DNA of 16,080 nt, taken from the NCBI GenBank assembly GCA_000388065.2, contig KB932218.1. One strand, given 5' to 3'. The first letter of the stretch is position 1, and each line of letters starts with the position of its first letter. The notes under the pieces were generated by a model, which worked only from the letters and a program-made list of their open reading frames with translations, searched no databases and was not told the DNA's origin. This DNA is from Fonticula alba ATCC 38817 (Eukaryota > Protista > Nucleariida). This document shows, piece by piece, positions 1 through 8,000 of the stretch. The translations under genes were made by a program, and so were the position numbers.

Positions 1-39
<39 letters not shown>
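1..39. repeat. (TG)n microsatellite, truncated by window edge
   Basis: Perfect TG dinucleotide run from base 1 to 39. Confidence 0.97.
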
Positions 40-40
<1 letters not shown>

Positions 41-1270
41 AGGCCGTAAAGTGGCCCCTGAGTCACGTCTTGCTGTTGAAGTCGGCAGGTGCACACACCA
101 GGACACAGCATTAACGTCTTTCCTTGGAAGATAAAGCTCGAGGTGAAAGTCATCTGAAGCAAGAGTGGGCCCTCGGCCACTGGGGGTCGTCCAGAGATTG
201 AGAGTTTTTTGTTGGGACCCTGAGGGCGGTGGCTCGGCTGGCAAAAGCATCGCGCGGTGAATGGGGAAACAGGCCCAGGCAGCGAGATGGCGGCTTTGCT
301 GCATGGCGGGAAGCACTGCCGCGGCAGGCTGGCTTCACTTGACAGAGTGCATATTGTATGGCGGCAAGGGGGTCATGGGTGTCGGTCCTCCGAAAGGTCG
401 ATGTTCGGTGGAGGCCAGCCAGCAGGGGCACTTGTGTCCAATCCCATGTCCGACATCCTGCAATGTTGGACCACCACCACCAAGCCGGGCTATGGTGCAG
501 AACGGCGCCTACTCGGCCATGCCCCTCAGCAGGCGCCCTTATATGATCCCCCTTTCTCGGGCCCTTCGTGTGGTGTTTCCCGGGGCGCGGCAAGGGGGTC
601 CTGGTCTTCCGCACTGGCACCCCCCCCCCCCCCCAGGCGGCCCTTTTACTGCCGGATTCCGATGGTGGCACCTGTGGGCATCTGCCGCCGAGGAGAATGG
701 TCGATGCCGGTAGAGTGGCTTTCGCCCCATCATCAAAGCCACCTGCGGAGGTTAGGCCACGTCCGAGGCCAGGGCGGGGGCCTGCCGATGGTGATTGGCG
801 GAGCGCCAGGAGACTTGCTGGTCGGCGGAGCCCTGGAGCAGGGCATAGCCAATTTGCCAGGTGATGGATGATATCCGCGCAAAGATGGACACTGTCCCGG
901 GCATGGGCTCCACCCGCTGGGCAAGCCTTTTGCAGATGGCCCGCAAGCGCGCCCGGCGTCTGGGGGAGGAGGGGAAGCTGGGGATCCACACACGCCGGAA
1001 GACAAAGGCCACCCAGGGGCAGTGCTCCGGCCGAAGGCTCGGGCAGTAATGTCGAGCGGCCAGCGCCCCAAAGGGAGGATCAGCATGCCGAATGGCGGGG
1101 GTGCTCCCTTTGCGGGATCCCTGCGGCTGCTCCCTGATAGCCCTGCGCTTGGCAAGCAGTCCGGTTGGGCGGGGGGGGGGGGGGGCGCAAGGGGGAAAGG
1201 CCCGAAGAATGGGGGGGGCAAGGAGGGGGGGGGGAAGCATGGGTGTATTGGAGGCGGCAATAGAGGGAAA

Positions 1271-2076
1271 CTAGACGGCACTCTCCGGGGCAGGGGCCTG
1301 AGGGTGCACAGAGACGGCCTTGTACATAAAGCGACTTCGCAGCGCGTAAAAGGCCACCATGGCAATGAGGAGGATCAGTAGGGTGATGGAAATGCCAAGG
1401 CCGATGGCCAGAGCTCGGGCACTTCCAGATGCCGGGGCAGAGGCCGAGGCCGAGTGAGACGGGCTTCCTCCGGAAGCAGGGCCCGAGGATGACGTGCTGT
1501 CCGATGGGGGCTCGGGGGAGCTGGCGCTCGAGGTGGAGTTGCCGGAGTCGGAGCCGGGAGGAGAGGGGGCGCTGCCGGACCAGGAGGCGCTGTCGGACCA
1601 GGGGGCGCTGGAGTCGGAGCTCGAGGTGGAGTTGCCGGAGTCGGAGCCGGGAGGAGAGGGGGCGCTGCCGGACCAGGGGGCGCTGNNNNNNNNNNGGGGG
1701 CGCTGGAGTCGGAGCTCGAGGTGGAGTTGCCGGAGTCGGAGCCGGGAGGAGAGGGGGCGCTGCCGGACCAGGGGGCGCTGCCGGACCAGGGGGCGCTGCC
1801 GGACCAGGGGGCGCTGTCAGAGAGGGAGTCGCCACCGGGAAAGGGGGCGCTGGAGTCGGAGCTCGAGGTGGAGTTGCCGGAGTCGGAGCCAGGGGGCAGG
1901 TCACTTGCCGACGTGGTGTCACTGCCGGACCCGGAGTGGTGGGAGTCAGATGAGGGATCACCGCCAGACCAGGAGGCACTGCCCGGATCGGGCTGACTTG
2001 GAGACGATGAGTCAGGAGAGGAGGAGGATGAAGAGGCAGACCCGGGCCCGGAGGGAGATCCGTCATCTGGGGGCCA
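1271..2076 (-). CDS. C-terminal segment after the in-frame TAG: Ser/Gly/Pro stalk, TM helix, cytoplasmic tail (not in the supplied ORF track)
   Basis: Manual translation: WPPDDGSPSGPGSASSSSSPDSSSP...SAPWSGSAPSPPGSDSGNSTSSSDS...[10 N gap, frame resets]...SGSARALAIGLGISITLLILLIAMVAFYALRSRFMYKAVSVHPQAPAPESAV* with the stop at 1271-1273. Confidence 0.8.
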
Positions 2077-5000
2077 CTAGCTGCCATCCTCACCGCTGCC
2101 GGGCGAAGAGGAGGAGGCACTGGCACTGGACCCGGTGTCGGGGATGTCCTCACCCGGGAGGAGACAGAACCCGGCGACGAGACGATGGCCCGCATGGCAT
2201 GCGGTGCACTTGTCGGCTGTGGGCCCGGCGCAGGCGGAGCATCTCGCATGGCAAAGGTGGCACACCCCATTCTCCAGGGCCAGGGCCAGGGCCAGGGGGC
2301 TGGGGGTGCACGAGTGGCAATCGGCCGCGGTGGGCCCGACGCACGAGGCGCATGACCCATGGCAGGGAAGGCAGCGCCCAGTGTCGGAGAGGAAGTAGCC
2401 GGCATGGCAGGAAGCACACTGCGTGGCTGAGATACCGTGGCAGGTGTTGCAGGAGCTGTGGCAGGAGTAGCATCGGCCTGTGGTCAGCATCGGCGTGCCA
2501 GGGCGACAGGAGATGCAGTCACTCTCGGAGGGGCTGTGACAGGTGGCACAGGAGGCATGACAATTGTGGCAACTGTCGCTGGCGGGGAAGCGCGCCGAGC
2601 CCTCGGGACAGCCGAGGGAGCAGGACCCATTGGTGACGGTGTCATAGGGGTTGTCACAGACGATGCACTGGTCGGACAGGGGACCGGAGCATGTGCCGCA
2701 TGAGGGGTGGCAGGCAACACAAAGGCCCCCCATGGCCAGGGTCTTCCGGGGACAGGTCTTTCGGCAGAGGCCCTCATGAAGCAGCCGGCCATCCTCACAG
2801 AGGGTGCAGGTCAGCTCGCCGGAGGCGAAGTGGCATGAGGCACAGCCCTCCGGGCAGGGGACACACTCGCCATCGGGATTGGCGGCATAGCCCACCGGGC
2901 AGGAGGCCAAGCAGGAGGATGCCTGCTCATTGTGGCGGAGGCGAAGCAACCCTGCGGGGCAGGGGCCGAGACAGCAAGTGTTGGTCAAGTTGCAGCAATC
3001 GTTGCAGGAGGGGTTGCAGGCGAAGCAGGCATTCATGAGGTGCACATGTCCAGGCGGACACTTTTGAACACATCGGCCCTCGAAGAGGATGTAGCCCCAT
3101 GGGCAAGTCAGGCAGTCGGTGCTGGAGGGCCCCTTACAGGTGGAGCATTGACCATGGCACTGGTGGCACTGGCCGGTGTCGGGGTGTTGATATGTGCCGA
3201 CATGGCAGGCAGCTTCGCAGGTGAAGTCCTGCCAGTGAGAGGAGAAGGCCAACTTGAAGCCCGGAGAGCAGGCCGTGCAGGTGTAGCGAGAGTAGCCGGA
3301 GCATTGGGCGCACAGGGCATTGCAGGGGATGCATCGGCGGATGTTGGCGTCGCTGAAGGTGCCCTCCGGGCAGGTGGCCAGGCATTGGTCGTGCGAGTGG
3401 AGGCTGAAGCCGGGCTGGCAGACCCGGCAGCGGCCGTCATCCTGGCAGGAGAGGCAATTCGGGGGACAGGCCACGCAGGTGCCGGAAGCGGGAGACCCGG
3501 CCCAGCGATGGCCCTCGGCACAGAGGACGCACGTGTGGGCATCCGGGCCGCAGAGGGCGCAATTCGGCGCGCATGGGGCACACCGGCCGGCCTGCAAGTC
3601 GGGGAATTCGCCCGGAGGGCAGATGCTCAAGCAAAGGGCCAGCTCGGTCCGGGGCAAAACCAAACCCGGGGAGCAGGTGTCACAGGAGGTGGCATTGCGG
3701 CAGGTGGCGCACGATGCATGGCAGGGAGTGCACATGCGGGTGCTCGGGTGGGGGAATTCCCCCGCCGGGCAGGCGGCGGCACAGAGAGAAGGGCTGCCCA
3801 TCTTCGGGGCCAGGAAGACCCAGTCCGGAGGGCAAGTCGCACAGGAGGCCTCATTGGTGCATGTGGCACAGGAAGGGTGGCAGGGTCGGCACGATTGGCC
3901 GGCCGCGAGGAAGAAGCCCGGCCGACATTCGAGACAAGCCGGGCCCTGTTGCCCTCGGTCGGTGCAGGTGGCGCATCCGGCCGGGCAGGGGGCACAGGCA
4001 TTGGGGGCATTCGAATGGACCAGGAATCCCGGGGGGCAGGAGTCGCCGCACGTCCGCCCGCCAGGCAGAAGGACCTTGCCCGTGGGGCAGGCGGAGCAGG
4101 CCCACGCCGAGTGGGCCTGGGTGCACTGGGCACAGCTCGAGTGGCAGGGCCGGCAGCGAGGCGTGCCTTTGGAGGGAGGCTGGCCAATGGGAGAGGCATA
4201 GTCGGGACCGGTGCCCGGGGGACAGGCATCCAAGCAAGCGCCGCCCGGGGCCAAGACCTTGCCCGGTTGGCAAGTGGCGCATCGGGGGCCCAGGTGACAG
4301 GGCCCGGGTGTCGAGCGGGGGCTCACATCCGAGCAGGAGGTGCACTCCTCGGCCCCGGGCCCGAGGCAGGTGGAGCAGGTCGGGTGGCAGGGCACGCACG
4401 AGTTGGGCTTTCGAAGGAAAAACCCGGAGGGGCAGGTGGCCTGGCAAGATCTGAGCCCCAGGCGAAGGGGGGCGTCTGGATGGCAGGTCTTGCAATGCCG
4501 GGGCCCGGGGCCGGTGCAGGTGAGGCAGGATTCGTGGCAGGGGGCACAGGCCCCGGTCGGATCGGGAGTCATGCCATCGGGGCAGGCGGCGACACAGTGG
4601 TCCAGGTGCAGGAACAGGCCCGAGGGACATTGCAAGCACTTGCCGGAATCGGCGCAGAAGAGGCAGGACAGGTGGCTGGGAAGGCAGCCGGCCGGCCCGA
4701 GGCAATAGCCCTTTGGGCAGCGAGCCAGGCAGGCATGGTTTGCCGGTGCGCCCTCCTTTGCCGGGGGCGGAGTGCCTACCCCGGTGACGAAGGGAAGCAG
4801 CCCTGCCGGACAGGGGCCGGTACATGCCCCGGCAGAAGGGCCGGAGCACTGGTCACAGGAGGGGTGGCAGGCCAGGCATCGGCCCTCAAGCGCCACGGTC
4901 CGAGGGGGACACCGGTCCTGGCAACGGCCAGCGTGATGGACTTGCTCGAGTGGGCAGGCCAGGCAGTCGGTATCGGTGGGACCGCTGCAGGTGAGGCAGG

Positions 5001-8000
5001 ACGAGTGGCAGGGCCGGCAGACATCGGAAAGAGGGCCGGGGGCCACATCGACGGGGGAGGTCGTTGCTTGGGGGTGGGAGGTGCGGGCAGGCGCGGCAGC
5101 GGCGGTCAGGCTGGCGGCGACATGGCGGAAGTGGCCGGCCGGGCAGAGGGGATGACACTCGCCCTCCTGGGAGGACAGCTGGACAAAGTGGAAGCCAGGC
5201 TGACAAGCGTGGCATTGGGTCTCGATGGGTCTCGAGCATCCGGAGCAGCCAGGAGGGCAGGCAGCGCACGGGCCACTCGCATGGCTGGCAGCACTTCCGG
5301 GCGGGCACTGGGACACGCAAAGCCCATCCAGGCTCAGATGGTACCTGGGACGACAGGCCATGCACCGGGAGTCGGCGGTGCAGGATGTGCAATTCGGCGG
5401 ACAGGCCACACAGGCACTGGCGAGGGTGTCGCCCGGGGGAGGCGCCTCGGCACGGCGGAAGCCCTCGGCACAGACTTCACAGGCAGCCGGATGGCCACTG
5501 CACGCGGCGCATTCCGGCTGGCAGCGTACGCAATGGCCGGTCGATGGGTCGGCCACCCGGCCCGGGGGGCAGACCTTCGTGCAGAGAGACCTGCTCAGGG
5601 GACTGATCTCGAGGAACACCCATCCTGGCAGGCAGGAGGTGCATGTGGAGTAGTCGGTGCAGGTGGCACAGGTATCATGGCAGGTGGCACACAGACCGGT
5701 ATCCGGACGGGGGTAATACCCCGGCAGGCAGTGGTCACAGGGGCGATCTGGGCGGCCAGTGCAGGAGGTGCAATTCGGGCCACAGGAGAGGCAGGTCTCC
5801 TTTTGGTTGTCCATCCGATGTCCAGCAGGACAAAGAGCCCCCGGGTCGAGGCCCAGAAGTGGAGGCCCATCGCACGTGGCACAGGTGGAGTGACATTCAC
5901 GACAGAGAGGCGTGCCGCCGAGGGTGGAGTCCATGTCGGGGCCCAGGCCGGCCGGGCAGGCGGCCACGCACTTCCCCTGTGGCATGAGCAGGAGCCCCGG
6001 GGGGCAGGCGGCGCCCGGGGGGAGCGTCGAGCGGGGCATGCACGCACCGGTGACGGGGTCCAGGGAGAAGGTCTTTTGGCAGGTGGAGCACCGAGGCGCC
6101 GGGGATCCCGGCGAGCAGGTGGCACATCCAACTGGGCAGGGTCGGCACACACCTCCCGAAGCCGGGTAAAGCCCCGCCGAGCAGGGGGCGCATTCGTCGG
6201 TGGCGGAAATGTGGAAGAAGCCCCTCGAGCAGGCGGAGCACCGGGGACTGGGGGACCCCGGTGCACAGAGGGCACAGCCGTCCGGGCAATCCTGGCAGGC
6301 CCCGGTCGGCCCGAGGAAGTGGCCGGCAGGGCAGGGAGCACATTTGCCGGTGGCCGGATCCACGGCGAGGTCCGCCTGGCAGGCCGAGCACCGGGGACTG
6401 GCCGAGCCCGGAGGCAAGGCACAGTCGGCACAGCCGTCCGGGCAGTCCTGGCAGGCGCCNNNNNNNNNNNNNNNNNNNNNNNNNNNNNNNNNNNNNNNNN
6501 NNNNNNNNNNNNNNNNNNNNNNNNNNNNNNNNNNNNNNNNNNNNNNNNNNNNNNNNNNNNNNNNNNNNNNNNNNNNNNNNNNNNNNNNNNNNNNNNNNNN
6601 NNNNNNNNNNNNNNNNNNNNNNNNNNNNNNNNNNNNNNNNNNNNNNNNNNNNNNNNNNNNNNNNNNNNNNNNNNNNNNNNNNNNNNNNNNNNNNNNNNNN
6701 NNNNNNNNNNNNNNNNNNNNNNNNNNNNNNNNNNNNNNNNNNNNNNNNNNNNNNNNNNNNNNNNNNNNNNNNNNNNNNNNNNNNNNNNNNNNNNNNNNNN
6801 NNNNNNNNNNNNNNNNNNNNNNNNNNNNNNNNNNNNNNNNNNNNNNNNNNNNNNNNNNNNNNNNNNNNNNNNNNNNNNNNNNNNNNNNNNNNNNNNNNNN
6901 NNNNNNNNNNNNNNNNNNNNNNNNNNNNNNNNNNNNNNNNNNNNNNNNNNNNNNNNNNNNNNNNNNNNNNNNNNNNNNNNGAGCACCGGGGACTGGGGGA
7001 CCCCGGTGCACAGAGGGCACAGCCGTCCGGGCAGTCCTGGCAGGCCCCGGTCGGCCCGAGGAAGAGACCAGGCGGACAGGTGGCATCCTGCGAGAGAGGA
7101 GTGCATACGCCGGCGAGGGGCTCCAAAAAGAAGCCCGCCTCGCAGGCGGAGCACCGGGGCTCGAAAGACCCGATGGTCGGCGGAGCACAGGTGACACAGT
7201 GGCCGGGGCAGGGAATGCAGAGGCCAAGATCCAGGTCGGCGACGGAGCCAGGCGGACAGGTGGCCGCATGGCAAGTACCATCCGGGAGGAGCAGCCGCCC
7301 GGGAGGGCAAGCCCGACAGGCATGGGGGCTGCCGGGGGCCGTGCATTCGGCACAGGATTCATGGCAGGAAAGGCACCTGTCCGAGGGAGGGGTCGCAGTC
7401 GAGTCCAGAGCCATGCCACGGGGGCAGGCCGTGCAAAGGACCGGCTGCCCGGCCGCCTGGGGCAGGGACACCTGGCAGGCGGCACAGTCTGCATGGCATA
7501 CACAGGCGCCGGTGGAATCCGCATGCAGGCCGGCCGGGCAGGCGACCCGGCACATGAAGTAGGAGCTGGGAATGTAGGTCAGGCAGCGGGGGTCGGTGCA
7601 GTCGGCGCTCGTGGGGCCATGGCACTTGCGGCAGTCGGGCGCGCAGGGGCGACACTCCGGGCCATAAGTGCCCCAGGGGCAGGCATTTGGGTTGAGCCTC
7701 AGCAGGAAGGCCAAGGTGTTGATGGCCCCGGCGGGGGAGGCCGCACGCATGAAGAGCAGCACCGAGGCGGCCCCCGAGGGAAGGGAGCCCGGCTCCGGGG
7801 TTTGGGTCACCGTCAGGCCCTGGGGAAGCAGATCGGGCACCGGGTTGAGGACCATCCTGAAGCTGGTCATATAGCAGATGCCCCGTGCGGAGGGGCAGTG
7901 GAGCAGGGCGACGCCGATGAACTGCGGATGGGCCACGACCAGGGCACTGGGATGCTCGAAGAGCCCTCGCAGGGGGACGGCCACCGCGTGCAGGCCGGCC

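Noticed and set aside
40-1250. Kinase domain exon downstream of the TM, as in related receptor kinases
   Set aside because: No GxGxxG, HRD or DFG motifs in the minus-strand ORFs provided, and the tail ends in a clean stop at 1271-1273.
1526-1895. CRISPR-like repeat array
   Set aside because: The repeats are coding tandem units without unique spacers, the context is eukaryotic, and no cas genes are present.
6460-6980. Biological frameshifts at 6460-6980 and 1686-1695
   Set aside because: Both frame changes coincide with N gaps of nominal length.
2932-7194. 1420-aa + strand ORF (also 6200..8563, 9430..11082 and 1494..2636)
   Set aside because: Antisense shadows of the real gene. 2932..7194 is in codon register with it, so Cys TGC/TGT reads as Ala/Thr, and stops would need sense TTA/CTA/TCA codons that are rare at high GC3. 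The Ala/Gly/Arg-rich products have no recognisable domain.
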